From an uncultured Thermoleophilia bacterium (lineage in GTDB: Bacteria; Actinomycetota; Thermoleophilia; UBA2241), in contig CAVQXS010000001.1 in the NCBI GenBank assembly GCA_963717965.1, positions 2,755 through 66,754 of the forward strand: a DNA stretch of 64,000 nt, in the 5' to 3' direction. The notes below the pieces were generated by a model that worked only from the letters and a program-made list of their open reading frames with translations, ran no database searches and was not told where the DNA came from. This document shows, piece after piece, positions 39,663 to 49,790 of this stretch; the first letter of the stretch is position 1, and each line of letters opens with the position of its first letter. The translations under genes were made by a program, and so were the position numbers.

Positions 39663-41039
39663 TCAGGCGCCGATGAGCTTCTTGACGTAGGTCGCCCGCT
39701 TGCTCGGGCGACCCGTACGCGCCTCGGCGTCGTCGGCGCTGCCCATCGCCGCCAGGGCGACGTTGACGCCCAGCCAGCGCAACGGTTCCGGCTCCCATGG
39801 CTTGGAGCGGTGGCCCACCCACGGGAGACCCGTCAGCTCCGTCTGCTGCCCGAGGATGAGGTCGCGCAGGGTGCGGCCGGCGAGGTTCGTGGTGGACACG
39901 CCGTCGCCGACGTAGGCGCCGGCCCAGGCCATGCCGGTGGGCCGGTCAAGCCCGACCGTGGTGTACCAGTCGCGTGCCGCGGCGATGGCGCCGCCCCAGT
40001 GATGTGTCACCCGGGCGTCGCCGATGGCGGGGAAGAGCTCGGCGAGCAGCGCGCGGAGGTGATCCTGCACCTCAGGCACGCGCTCGAACGCTTCGCTGAG
40101 GCGCGAGCCGAAGTGGTACGGCGCCCCGCGCCCGCCGATCGCAATGCGCCCGTCCTCCGTGTGCATCGCATAGAAGATCAGGAAGCGGAAGTCGCCGAAC
40201 ACCTCGTGGCCGCCCCAGCCGACCTCGTCCCAGAAGGCGTCGGGGAGCGGCTCGGTGCCGATCATCAGCGAGTAGATCGGCACGACCGCGCGTTCGTAGC
40301 CGGGCAGCTCGGGGGTGAACGCCTCCGTGGCGCGCACGATGACGTCGGCGCGCACGTCGCCGAACACGGTGGTCGCGACGTGCGGTTCGATGCGGGTGAC
40401 GGGGGTGCGCTCGTAGATGGGCACCCCCAGGCGCTCGACGACGTCGGCGAGGCCGCGGGCGAGTCGGGCCGGATCGACGGCGGCGCCGTGCGGCGTGTAG
40501 CCGGCGCCGAGGCATCCGGCGACCTTGATGCGCTCGCGCATGTCGGCGGCGCCCAGCATGACGTAGTCGTCCTCGCCGAACCCCCACTCGCGTTCGTAGT
40601 CGACGGCTTCGCGCAGCCGCAGTAGTTGCACCGGCGTCAAGGCGAGGTCGAGCTGGCCGCCGAGGCGGAAGCGCGCGTCGATGCCCTCCTGGTCCACGAC
40701 GCGCGCGATCTCGTAGACCGTCTGGTGGAGGGCGCGCTGCTGGTCGATGACCGGCTGCCGGCCGTGCGTCTTCGCCGCGGCCTCGCGCGAGCCCGGGAAC
40801 GTGGTGTGACACCAGCCGCCGTTGCGCCCCGAGGCGCCGAATCCGGCGATCTCGCGCTCCAGCACGGCGACCCGCAGGCGCGGGTCGGCCTCCTTGAGGT
40901 AGTACGCCGTCCAGAGGCCGGTGAAGCCCGCGCCGACGACGGCGACATCGAACTCGGCGGGTCCGGGGAGCGAAGGACGCGGGGTCAGCTCGCCGGGGAC
41001 GCCGTCGAGCCACATGCTGCGCGCGCGGTAGTCAGTCAT
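39663..41039 (-). CDS. FAD-dependent oxidoreductase (DAO family)
   Basis: 458 aa with FDVAVVGAGFTGLWTAYYL and GASGRNGG. AGGAG lies before the ATG. Confidence 0.85.
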   Translation of the reverse strand: MTDYRARSMWLDGVPGELTPRPSLPGPAEFDVAVVGAGFTGLWTAYYLKEADPRLRVAVLEREIAGFGASGRNGGWCHTTFPGSREAAAKTHGRQPVIDQQRALHQTVYEIARVVDQEGIDARFRLGGQLDLALTPVQLLRLREAVDYEREWGFGEDDYVMLGAADMRERIKVAGCLGAGYTPHGAAVDPARLARGLADVVERLGVPIYERTPVTRIEPHVATTVFGDVRADVIVRATEAFTPELPGYERAVVPIYSLMIGTEPLPDAFWDEVGWGGHEVFGDFRFLIFYAMHTEDGRIAIGGRGAPYHFGSRLSEAFERVPEVQDHLRALLAELFPAIGDARVTHHWGGAIAAARDWYTTVGLDRPTGMAWAGAYVGDGVSTTNLAGRTLRDLILGQQTELTGLPWVGHRSKPWEPEPLRWLGVNVALAAMGSADDAEARTGRPSKRATYVKKLIGA

Positions 41040-41135
41040 TTTGGGCTCCTTCGAGGGTGCGGCAATCCTACCAAAGGGCCTCGAGCCAGACTGCGGAGGC
41101 GAGCACTCCCGCCGGGTTTGGCGCGTGGTACAGAG

Positions 41136-41765
41136 ATGACGGAGGTGACGACGATGAGCGCGAGCAGGTTCGTGGAGGCCTACGAGGGCACGCCGCCCTG
41201 GGACATCGGCCGCGCGCAGCCGGCGTTCGAGCGCGTGGCGGACGCCGGCCTCGTCACGGGGCCGGTGCTCGACGCCGGCTGCGGCACCGGCGAGAACGCC
41301 CTCTTCCTCGCCGCCCGAGGCTTCGAGGTCGTCGGCGTCGACGCGGTCGACGCGGCGATCGCGGCCGCGCGCGCCAAGGCGGAGGCGCGCGGCCTCAAGG
41401 CCGAGTTCCTGGTGCACGACGCCCTCTCGCTCGACGAGCTCGGGCGGCGCTTCGGCACCGTCGTCGACTCCGGGCTGTTCCACACGTTCGACGACGACGA
41501 GCGACGGCGGTACGTCGCTGCGCTCGCCGCCGTCACCGCGCTGCACGCCCGCGTGTTCGTGCTCTGCTTCAGCGAGCTCGAGAAGGGCGACGGCGGCCCG
41601 AGGCGGGTGACGCAGGCGGAGCTGCGCGAGGCGTTCGACCGGCCGCCCTTCCGCATGCTGCGCATCGAGGCGGCGGAGATGGCGACCAATCTGGACGGCG
41701 GCGGCCGCAAGGCGTGGCTGGCGAGCGTCGAGCGCGTCGCCGGGCCGCGGCCGTCGGGCGCGTAG
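41136..41765 (+). CDS. Class I SAM-dependent methyltransferase
   Basis: VLDAGCGTGENALFLAARGFEVVGVD motif I. About 209 aa. Ends in TAG. Confidence 0.8.
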   Translation: MTEVTTMSASRFVEAYEGTPPWDIGRAQPAFERVADAGLVTGPVLDAGCGTGENALFLAARGFEVVGVDAVDAAIAAARAKAEARGLKAEFLVHDALSLDELGRRFGTVVDSGLFHTFDDDERRRYVAALAAVTALHARVFVLCFSELEKGDGGPRRVTQAELREAFDRPPFRMLRIEAAEMATNLDGGGRKAWLASVERVAGPRPSGA

Positions 41766-41813
41766 GCGGCCCGGCGTCCCGAATGGCCATTCGCACGCTG
41801 CACCCCGGCGCGG

Positions 41814-42749
41814 CTAGGGGACGAGCACCAGCTTGCCGAGGGCCGGCCGGCTCATGATGAGCTCGTGCGCGCGTGCCGCCTCCGCGAGCGGCAGCTCGCG
41901 GCCGACCACGGGCTTCAGCACGCCGCTCTGCAGGCCGGCGTCCACCGCTGCGCGCGCCGCCGCGATCTCCCTGGGCCGCGCGTTCGGCGTGCGCATGCCG
42001 AGCACGGCGCCCTCGGCGTTCATGAGGTCGCGGGCGTCGATCTCCACCGTGCCCCGGCTGCCGACGACGACGACGCGGCCACGCTTGGCCAGGGCCTTCA
42101 GGTCGTTCCCGAGGTTGACGTTCGCCAGGAACTCGATGATGAGGTCGAAGCCGCGACCGCCGGCGAGCTCGAGCGCCGCCTCGAGGTGGCGGGGGTCGCG
42201 GTGGTCGAGCACCCGCACGGCGCCCTGCGAGGCGACGAGATCGCTCCCGGCCTCGCTCCCGGCCGTGCCGGTCACATCGAGGCCGGCAGCGACGGCGAGC
42301 TGCACGGTGGCGATCCCGACGCCACCGCTGGCGCCGTGGATCAGGACGCGCTCCCCGGCCACGGCGGCGGCGCGCTGGAACAGCGCCCGGTACGCGGTCA
42401 GGTAGGGAACGCCGACGGCGGCGCCCTGGGCGTAGGAGAGGCCATCCGGCAGGGGCCGCACGTGGTCCTCGAGGCAGAGCGCGTACTCGGCGTAGGTGCC
42501 GCTGAGGGAGTCGGTGACGTAGACGCGCTCGCCGCTGTCGACGCGCACGCCGGCCGCGTCCACGCCGGGAGTGTACGGCAGGGCGGGGAGGTCGGTGTAG
42601 AGGCCCGCCCGCACGTAGGTCTCGTACGGATTCACGCCGGCGGCCTGCACCCGGACGAGGACTTCGCCCTCGACGGGTCCCGGCTGCGGCAGCTCCTCGA
42701 CGACGAGGACCTCGGGGTCGCCGAACTGGTGGACGCGGACGGCGCGCAT
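41814..42749 (-). CDS. NADPH:quinone oxidoreductase (zeta-crystallin-like MDR)
   Basis: 311 aa with MRAVRVHQFGDPEVLVVEE and LIHGASGGVGIATVQLA. Ends in TAG. Confidence 0.9.
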   Translation of the reverse strand: MRAVRVHQFGDPEVLVVEELPQPGPVEGEVLVRVQAAGVNPYETYVRAGLYTDLPALPYTPGVDAAGVRVDSGERVYVTDSLSGTYAEYALCLEDHVRPLPDGLSYAQGAAVGVPYLTAYRALFQRAAAVAGERVLIHGASGGVGIATVQLAVAAGLDVTGTAGSEAGSDLVASQGAVRVLDHRDPRHLEAALELAGGRGFDLIIEFLANVNLGNDLKALAKRGRVVVVGSRGTVEIDARDLMNAEGAVLGMRTPNARPREIAAARAAVDAGLQSGVLKPVVGRELPLAEAARAHELIMSRPALGKLVLVP

Positions 42750-42763
42750 GGCTCACCCCTCCA

Positions 42764-43804
42764 TCATGGGACGGAGTAGGTGAGGCCGTTGCTCAGGTAG
42801 CCGGTCAGCTTGTAGCTCTGGCCGCCGGCCAGCTGCTCGTAGACGTAGCTGCCCGGGGCCGTGCCCGGCGTCATCGGCTGCCCGGTGAACGGGTTGGTCG
42901 GCCATGGGTCCACGTATTGCGAGATCCCGCCGCCCTCGACGACGTCCTGCGGCGGCGGGTAGAGGTTGTTGTTGGCGCTCGCCCACGTGACGATGCCCAC
43001 CTGCAGCTTGGCGATGCCGTCGATCGCCTGCTGGTCGGCGCTCGGCGATCCCGACGCGCTCGGGCTCGGGCTGGGCGTCGGCGACGTCGTCGCGGACGGC
43101 GACGGGCTGGGCGTCGGCGACGGGGTCGGCGTCGGACTCGCGGGCAGGAGGACGTCGACGCGCACGAAGGTGACGGGGTCGAGCTGCAGGTCGCCCGACG
43201 TGAACTGGAGCCTCAGGCTGTCGTTCGCGCTCTCGTGCGTCAGCGTCCCCTTCACCGTGCCGGTCACGCCGGTCATGCCCAGCGCCGAGGCCTGCACGCT
43301 CAGCTGGAGCGCGCCGTCGACGAGGTCGGCGGTGGTGGAGCCGGCCCGCTGGAGCTGGCCGTCGTACTGAGTGATCTTGAACTGGTCGCCCTCGGCCTGG
43401 GCGATGACGAGCCCGCCGCCGGTGCCGGCCTCCGGCGCCCAGGTGCCGATGAACTCCTCGCCGGCGGTGGACGAATCGGTGGGCCGCAAGTAGAAGAACC
43501 AGAGTGCGGCCACCGCGGCGACGATCGCGAGCACGAGGAGGAGCCAGACCCACCACGGCACGCCGCCGCCGGAGCTCCGGGAGTGCGTCAGAAGGATGGT
43601 CGGCTGTGAAGGCGGCGGGGGCGGCGGAGACGCGGCGCCCGCCGCCGGCATCACCCGCGTCGCCGACGTGTCCTGGCCGCCCATGACCTGCGTCGCGCCT
43701 TCGTCGGCGGGCGGCATCACCCGCGTCACGTCGTCCGCGTCGGGGGGCGTCGCCCTGGTCAGCTCGGTATCGTCGGGCGCCCTGCCCGTGGTCTCGTCGT
43801 CCAT
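42764..43804 (-). CDS. Membrane-anchored protein: cytoplasmic tail, TM, beta-rich module, Pro/Thr/Ser linker, C-terminal pilin-like module
   Basis: TM WWVWLLLVLAIVAAVAALWFFYL. Then GEEFIGTWAPEAG..., linker PTPTPSPTPSPSPSATTSPTPSPSPS, and WPTNPFTGQPMTPGTAPGSYVYEQLAGGQSYKLTGYLSNG. Confidence 0.65.
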   Translation of the reverse strand: MDDETTGRAPDDTELTRATPPDADDVTRVMPPADEGATQVMGGQDTSATRVMPAAGAASPPPPPPSQPTILLTHSRSSGGGVPWWVWLLLVLAIVAAVAALWFFYLRPTDSSTAGEEFIGTWAPEAGTGGGLVIAQAEGDQFKITQYDGQLQRAGSTTADLVDGALQLSVQASALGMTGVTGTVKGTLTHESANDSLRLQFTSGDLQLDPVTFVRVDVLLPASPTPTPSPTPSPSPSATTSPTPSPSPSASGSPSADQQAIDGIAKLQVGIVTWASANNNLYPPPQDVVEGGGISQYVDPWPTNPFTGQPMTPGTAPGSYVYEQLAGGQSYKLTGYLSNGLTYSVP

Positions 43805-43870
43805 GCTCGCCCTCCCGGCCGGGTGACGCTGGTCTTCGGTCAGTGGTTCGACTCTACTACTTTGCCCCGC

Positions 43871-45163
43871 TCATTTGGTTCCCTGTTCCAGTGCGGCCCA
43901 CAGGTCGTAGAACGTCGGGCAGGTCTTGGCGACGCAGGCAGGGTCGTCGATGACGATGCCCGGGACGCGCAGCCCGAGCACCGAGAACGCCATCGCGATG
44001 CGGTGGTCGCCGTGCGGGTCGATCGCGGTCCCGTGCGGGGTGCAGGGAAACACGCGCAGCCAGTCGGCGCCGGACTCGGTCTTGACGCCGGTCCGGCGCA
44101 GGTTCTCCTCCATGGCGGCGATACGGTCCGACTCCTTGAGGCGGACGTTGCCGATGCCGGTGATCGTCACCGGCGAGGTGGCCAGCGGGGCGATCGCCGC
44201 GAGGGTCATGAACGTGTCCGGGATGTCGGCCATGTCGACGGTGAGGCCGGCCAGCGAAGCCGGGCCGGCCACGCTCACGCCCTCGGGCTCGTCGCCGACC
44301 GCGCAGCCCATCGCCTCGAGCACGTCGAGGAAGGCGACGTCCCCCTGCAGGGGGTGCGCACGGTGGAGGCCGAGGACCTGGACGCGGCCGCCGGTCGCGG
44401 CGGCCGCGAAGAAGTACGAGGCGGTGGAGGCGTCGGGCTCGACCGCGTAGTCGCGGGCGGCGTAGGCGCCCGGCAGGACGACGAAGCGCTCGTCGCCGGT
44501 CGCTTCGGCGCCGGCGCCGAACTGCTCCATCATGCGCAGGGTCATGGCGACGTAGGGGCGGCTGACGAGGCCGTCCACGTGCAGGTCCAGGGGCGCGCGG
44601 CCGAGCGGCGCCGCCATGAGCAGCGCCGAGATGAACTGGCTCGAGGTGTCGCCGGGGAGCCGCAGGCTGCCGCCGGCGAGCCCGTGCGCGACCAGAGTCA
44701 GCGGCAGGCCGGCGGCGTCGCCCGGCTCCGTGCGCGCGCCCTGCGCGCGCAGCGCGCCCAGGAGGGTCGCGAGCGGACGGCGCCGCAGCTGCGGCGCCGC
44801 GTCGAAGCGGTAGACGCCCTCGCCCGCGGCCGCCGCCGCGACCAGGAACCTGGCGGCGGTCCCCGCCTCCGCGCAGAACATCTCGGCCTCGACGGCCGGG
44901 ATGCTGCCGCCGGCGCCGGAGACGTGCAGGTCGTCGGCCCTCGCCGCTCGACCGGCGACTCCCGAGGCTGCGCAGGCCGGCGGCGAACGCCAGCGTATCG
45001 TCGGCCTCGAGCGCGCCACGCAGGATGGAACTGCCGGCGGCCAGGCCGGCCAGCAGCAGCGCCCGGTTGGTCACGCTCTTCGAGCCCGGCACGCGGACGC
45101 GCGACGTCGAGGTCCCGGACGGGCCGGGCGGATGACGCGGGCGTCGCTCGGGCGGTGGTCCAT
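43871..45163 (-). CDS. aroA: 3-phosphoshikimate 1-carboxyvinyltransferase (EPSP synthase); two apparent frame changes near 45105 and 44960
   Basis: VRVPGSKSVTNRALLLAGLAAG is in one frame. AEAGTAARFL ... LKESDRIAAM ... DHRIAMAF is in another. The ATG (MDHRPSDARVIRPARP) is in a third. Confidence 0.85.
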
Positions 45164-45284
45164 GGCCGGATGATATCCCAGCCCCAGCCGGCCCCGGGCC
45201 GCCCGTGCGACGTTGACTCGATGCCGATGCGCGCCATACTCGTTGCAGAGCGGCTCGGCGTGACCATCCTTCCGGGGAGGCGTC

Positions 45285-45749
45285 TTGACGCGCAGGGGGT
45301 TCCTGAAGTGGCTCATCGCCGGCTTCGGCGTGGTCTCGCTCGCCGGCGTGCTCTATCCCATCGCGCGGTTCCTCAAGCCTCCCGCGGCCGTATCGGGAGC
45401 CATCGGCCAGGTCGCCAGCGTCGGCACCCTCGACACGTTTCCCGCCGGGCAACTGACGGCGGTCGTCGTCGGCGGACAGCCGGCCGCAGTCCAGAACATG
45501 AACGGGAAGTACACCGTGTACTCGCTCATCTGCACGCATCTGGGCTGCGTCCTCGCCATCACCGGCGACACCCTTCACTGTCCCTGCCACGGCAGTGAAT
45601 TCTCCGCCACGGGCACCGTCACCCACGGGCCCGCGACCCTGCCGCTGCCCACGTATCACTCGCAGACGCAGAACGACTCACTCCTCGTGGGCCCGATCGA
45701 TCTGAGCCGTGCCGCGTATCCGGCCTGGTATACGGGGGAGTTCGGATGA
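45285..45749 (+). CDS. Rieske 2Fe-2S subunit of the cytochrome bc/b6f-type complex
   Basis: Twin-arginine-like MTRRGFLKWLIAG, then CTHLGC and CPCHGS. Confidence 0.85.
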   Translation: MTRRGFLKWLIAGFGVVSLAGVLYPIARFLKPPAAVSGAIGQVASVGTLDTFPAGQLTAVVVGGQPAAVQNMNGKYTVYSLICTHLGCVLAITGDTLHCPCHGSEFSATGTVTHGPATLPLPTYHSQTQNDSLLVGPIDLSRAAYPAWYTGEFG

Positions 45750-46450
45750 GCACGACCGAGGGCACCGGCCCGGGGGCGCCCGGCGCTCCCATGCCGGCCG
45801 AGAAGGGCGTCGTCCCGTGGGTGGTCCGCCGCCTCGGGCTCACGGCCACGATGGAGGACCAGTACAACCGCATCGTGCCGATGCACGCGACGAACTACAT
45901 CTACTGCTTCGGCGGCATCGCCTTCGTCCTCTTCATCATCCTGGCGGTGACCGGCATCCTGCTGGCGGTGTACTACGAACCGACGCCGGACACCGCGTAC
46001 CAGAGCGTCCTCAACATCTCCACGCACGTGCAGTTCGGCTGGTGGATCCGCTCGATCCACCGCTGGGCGGCCGGCGGCATGGTCCTGCTCGTCTTCGTGC
46101 ACCTGCTGCGCGTGTTCTTCACCGGCGCGTACAAGGCGCCACGCGAGCTCAACTGGCTCACCGGCGTGGCGCTCCTCCTCATCACCCTGGGCTTCGGCTT
46201 CACCGGCTATCTGCTGCCGTGGGACCAGAAGGCGTACTGGGCGACCAAGGTGGGCACCGACATCGCCGGCTCGGTGCCCGTGATCGGCCACTTCCTGCTC
46301 GTGAGCCTGCGTGGCGGCGAGCAGATCAGCGCCGCCACCCTCGGCCGCTTCTACGACCTCCACGTGCTGGTGCTGCCGGCCGTCATCGTCGTCCTGCTCC
46401 TCGGGCACTTCTGGATGATCCGCCGCCACGGCATCTCCGGGCGGCTGTAG
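45746..46450 (+). CDS. Cytochrome b6-type subunit (N-terminal half of cytochrome b)
   Basis: 234 aa with FGGIAFVLFIILAVTG, IRSIHRWAAGGMVLLVFVHLLRVFFTGAYK, TGYLLPWDQ. Ends in TAG. Confidence 0.9.
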   Translation: MSTTEGTGPGAPGAPMPAEKGVVPWVVRRLGLTATMEDQYNRIVPMHATNYIYCFGGIAFVLFIILAVTGILLAVYYEPTPDTAYQSVLNISTHVQFGWWIRSIHRWAAGGMVLLVFVHLLRVFFTGAYKAPRELNWLTGVALLLITLGFGFTGYLLPWDQKAYWATKVGTDIAGSVPVIGHFLLVSLRGGEQISAATLGRFYDLHVLVLPAVIVVLLLGHFWMIRRHGISGRL

Positions 46451-46460
46451 GAGGGGCGTG

Positions 46461-46910
46461 ATGACGAAGAAGACACGCAGGGCGTACCCGACCAACGAAC
46501 CGCCGCGGTTCTACTGGGAGATGTGGCGCGACCCGGGGCAGGGCTACATCCCGTACTTCTGGGAGGAGCTCACGTCCCAGGCGATGATGTTCTTCCTCTT
46601 CCTCGGTGTGATCGGGGGCGTCGCGCTGCTCTGGCCGGCCGACCTGGCGCCGCAGGCGAACGTGCTGGTGACGCCGTCCGGCATCAAGCCCGAGTGGTAC
46701 TTCCTCGGGCTGTTCCAGCTGATCAAGGTGATCCCGGAGATCGCCGGGATCGTGCTCGTGGCGGTCGTCGTCCTGCTGATGGTGATCCTGCCGTTCGTGG
46801 ACCGGAGTCCCGAGCGCAATCCGCTGCGCAAGCCCGTGACGACGACGGTCGCCGTCATCGTCATCGTCGCTCTCATCGTCCTCACGATCTGGGGAGCGGT
46901 GACGCCGTGA
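46461..46910 (+). CDS. Subunit-IV-like protein (C-terminal half of cytochrome b)
   Basis: IKPEWYFLGLFQLIK motif with 3 TM helices. AGGAGG lies upstream. Confidence 0.85.
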   Translation: MTKKTRRAYPTNEPPRFYWEMWRDPGQGYIPYFWEELTSQAMMFFLFLGVIGGVALLWPADLAPQANVLVTPSGIKPEWYFLGLFQLIKVIPEIAGIVLVAVVVLLMVILPFVDRSPERNPLRKPVTTTVAVIVIVALIVLTIWGAVTP

Positions 46911-46927
46911 TCTCCCGGGGAGGGAAC

Positions 46928-47791
46928 ATGAACCGAGTCCTGTGGTGGCTCGTCCCGGCACTGGTCGTCGCGAGCGCCGTGGTGGCCGCCGGGTGCGCGA
47001 GCCTCGCCACCCCGGAAGCGCCCAGCACGGCGTCGCCGACGGCCACGGGCACCGCGGTCGCCAGCGTGAGCCAGCAGGTCAAGGACGGCGGGCAGCTCTA
47101 CGTGGACCTCGCCTGCGTCCGCTGCCACGCGCCCAACGGCGCCGGCGGCGTCCCCAACCAGCTGAACGTCGGCGGCGACAGCACGATCCCGCCGCTCAAC
47201 AACCAGTTCCGCGACCAGAGCGAGCAGTTCCGCAGCGCGCCGCAGATCACCCAGGTGCTCCAGGAGGGCGGCATCGTCAGCAAGAAGCCGGGCGTGATCA
47301 ACATGCCGTCCTGGAAGGGCGTCATCAACGATGCTCAGGCCAACGCCATCGCCGCCTACATCCTCGCCGGCTTCCCGAACACGGGGGCGAGCTACGATCC
47401 CGACCCGGCGAAAGCCGAGGACATCTACAGCGCCTACGCCTGCATCGACTGCCACGGTCAGGTCGGCGGTACGTCGTCGCCGTCGCCGGCGCCCAACCCG
47501 AAGACCGCCGACAAGGTCGTGCCGGCCCTGCGCAATCCGGACGACCCGGTGCCCATGAGTGAGCTGCGGTCTGTGCTCATGGAGGGGTCGATCCCAGACC
47601 CCGGGACGAAGGGCGTCATCTTCATGCCGGCGTGGGGGCAGGTCTTGTCGGTGGACCAAATGAACACGATCCTGCCCTACGTGGTCGACGGGCCGAAGGC
47701 CACGAAGCTGCCGGCGCCGCCGGCGGCAACGCCACTGCCGCTCTCCGGCGGTGCCTCATCGCCGGCCCCGTCGAGCTCGGCGTCGCCATGA
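46928..47791 (+). CDS. Di-haem cytochrome c lipoprotein
   Basis: Lipobox VVAAGCAS. Two haem motifs, CVRCH and CIDCH. Pro/Ser-rich tail. Confidence 0.8.
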   Translation: MNRVLWWLVPALVVASAVVAAGCASLATPEAPSTASPTATGTAVASVSQQVKDGGQLYVDLACVRCHAPNGAGGVPNQLNVGGDSTIPPLNNQFRDQSEQFRSAPQITQVLQEGGIVSKKPGVINMPSWKGVINDAQANAIAAYILAGFPNTGASYDPDPAKAEDIYSAYACIDCHGQVGGTSSPSPAPNPKTADKVVPALRNPDDPVPMSELRSVLMEGSIPDPGTKGVIFMPAWGQVLSVDQMNTILPYVVDGPKATKLPAPPAATPLPLSGGASSPAPSSSASP

Positions 47792-48120
47792 TGAACCCGC
47801 TCGCCATCGTCCTGGCTCAGGGCATCCCCCTGGCGCCGTCTCTCCAGGTGCGGCTGATCGCGCTCGTCGTCGTCGAGGTGGTCCTGCTCACGACGGCCGT
47901 CCTGCTCTACCTCCTCTGGGCCCGTTTCAAGCGGGAGCCGCTCGACGAGTGGTGGGAGCGGCGCAAGCAGGCGGGGTTTTCGTCGCGCACGCGGGCGCTG
48001 ATGGAAGAGGAGGAGCGCGAGCGGCTGGCGGCCGAGGCAGCCGTGGCCGCGAAAGCGGCCGGTGCGCGTCCCGCGGCGACAAAGGGACCGCCGGCGACAG
48101 GGGCCGGCGCGGGTAGCTGA
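47788..48120 (+). CDS. Small membrane protein co-transcribed with the bc complex
   Basis: ATGATGA overlap with the cytochrome c stop. One TM (LIALVVVEVVLLTTAVLLYLLW), then a charged tail. Confidence 0.5.
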   Translation: MMNPLAIVLAQGIPLAPSLQVRLIALVVVEVVLLTTAVLLYLLWARFKREPLDEWWERRKQAGFSSRTRALMEEEERERLAAEAAVAAKAAGARPAATKGPPATGAGAGS

Positions 48121-48159
48121 GGGCGGCTCCAGCCGGCGCCCGCGGCGGCCGTGGCCGGC

Positions 48160-49099
48160 TCAGCCGTCGAGCCGCCTCGCGTACAGCTCGTAGGCGGAGC
48201 TCGCCTGCATGCCGGCGCGCTCGTACAGGCGCAGCGGCATCGTCTTCCCCTCCGCGTCGACGCCGAGGTCGACGCGGGACTGGCCGCGGCGGAAGAACTC
48301 GGCGAAGGCGTGCGTGAGCAGCGCGCCGCCCAGGCCCAGCCGCCGCCACGGGCGGCGCACGCCGAGCCCCTTGACCCAGCCGAGGTCGCCGTGGTCGTAG
48401 GCGATGAGCGCGCCGGCCGCCTCGTCACCGTCCCACGCGAGCCACCAGAGGCCAGGGTCGAAGTCGGCGTGGCCGAGCAGCCGGGCGCGCCACGCGTCGA
48501 AGGGCTCCTCGCTCTGGCGAAAGTGGTCCTCGAAGGCTTCGTTCATGGTCGCGTGCATCGTGCGCTCATCGGCCTCGAGCCGGAAGGGCCGGATCTCGAG
48601 GCCCTCGGGCACGGCGAGCTGCGGGACGCCGGCGGCGAGGTCGATGGTCATGCGGTACACCGTGCGCTTGAGCGCGTACCCGTGCCGGTGGAGCAGATCC
48701 CGCTTGGAGCGGTTGGCGCGTGATGCAGAAGACGTCCAGCGAGGGTTCGGGGTAGCCGCGCTCGACGGCGAGCTGGGCGGCCCGCCGCTCGGCGAGGCCG
48801 AGGAGCCGGCCGCCGAGCTCGGGTTCGTGATGGTCGGGGTGCACCCAGAGGTCCGCCTCCATCTCCCCGGTGCGGAACTGGTCGCCGGCGTACGCGTACC
48901 CCACCAGCTCCCCGCCGGGGCTCTCCGCGACCCACGCGTCGCGCCCCAGGTCGAAGCCCTCCATCGCCCAGTCGCTCTCGAGGTCGCCGAGGGTGCTGTC
49001 CGGCTCGCCGGTCTCGGCGACGTCGCAGGCGTTCAGCAGGTCGACGATCTCCGGCGCGTCGCCGCGCGTGGCCGGACGGATGCGGCTGGGCGCGCTCAT
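48160..49099 (-). CDS. Two-domain GNAT acetyltransferase (MshD-like architecture); one frame change near 48715
   Basis: N-terminal GNAT MSAPSRIRPATRGDAPEIVDLLNACD... and C-terminal GNAT ...VKGLGVRRPWRRLGLGGALLTHAF lie in different frames. Confidence 0.7.
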
Positions 49100-49779
49100 G
49101 TCGACCCGGCCACGTCCTTGGTCAGCGGGATGGTCTCGTCGAAGTCCTGTCCGGAGGCCGACGTACCGACGATGCGCAGGCTCAGGTGGGTGGCGTCGAC
49201 GCTCGAGAAGACCATGCGGAAGTCGCCGGCGAGCGCCTTGAGCGCCTCCTTGAAGCGCTCCGCGTTGCTCTCTCCGGCGATCTGCGAGAAGTCGTCCATC
49301 GTGACGACCAGGTCGGCGCCGTCGAGGCGCGCCGGAACCGTGACCTTCTGGCTCTCCTGGGAACCGCTCAGCGTGAGGGAGAAGGCGTCCGCACTCTTGG
49401 CGATCACCGCGGTGGTGATGCCCTGCTGCGTCGTCGTCCACGTCCCGAGGAACTCCTCGCCGCTCGTGGACGGGCCGCGGAGGGCGAAGAACCACACCGC
49501 GACGATCGCGACGATCGCGAGGACGGCGATGATGATGACGAGCCGGAGCAGGCCGGACGAGCCGGATCGCTGCGGAGCGGCAGCCGCAGTCGCGGGCTGC
49601 GGCTGGTACTCCGGCAGCCAGTCCGACGACGATCCGGACGAACCGGGCGGAGCGCCTCCGGCGCCGCCTCCGGTCCCCGGCGCGCCGGCCAGACCAGCCC
49701 CGGCGACCGGCGCCCCGCAGCGCCCGCAGGTCCAGTCGTCCTCTTTGAGCGCAGCGCCGCAGCTCGGGCAGTCGGTCAT
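49096..49779 (-). CDS. Zinc-ribbon / TM / beta-rich-module protein
   Basis: MTDCPSCGAALKEDDWTCGRCG, Gly/Pro linker, TM LLRLVIIIAVLAIVAIVAVWFFAL, then GEEFLGTWTTTQQG... Confidence 0.6.
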   Translation of the reverse strand: MTDCPSCGAALKEDDWTCGRCGAPVAGAGLAGAPGTGGGAGGAPPGSSGSSSDWLPEYQPQPATAAAAPQRSGSSGLLRLVIIIAVLAIVAIVAVWFFALRGPSTSGEEFLGTWTTTQQGITTAVIAKSADAFSLTLSGSQESQKVTVPARLDGADLVVTMDDFSQIAGESNAERFKEALKALAGDFRMVFSSVDATHLSLRIVGTSASGQDFDETIPLTKDVAGST

Positions 49780-49790
49780 GTCGTCCCCTC

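Noticed and set aside
43030-43140. Repetitive DNA (gggctgggcgtcggcgacg-type direct repeats)
   Set aside because: It encodes the Pro/Thr/Ser linker of the 42764..43804 protein. This is a coding low-complexity region, not a CRISPR array or a mobile repeat.
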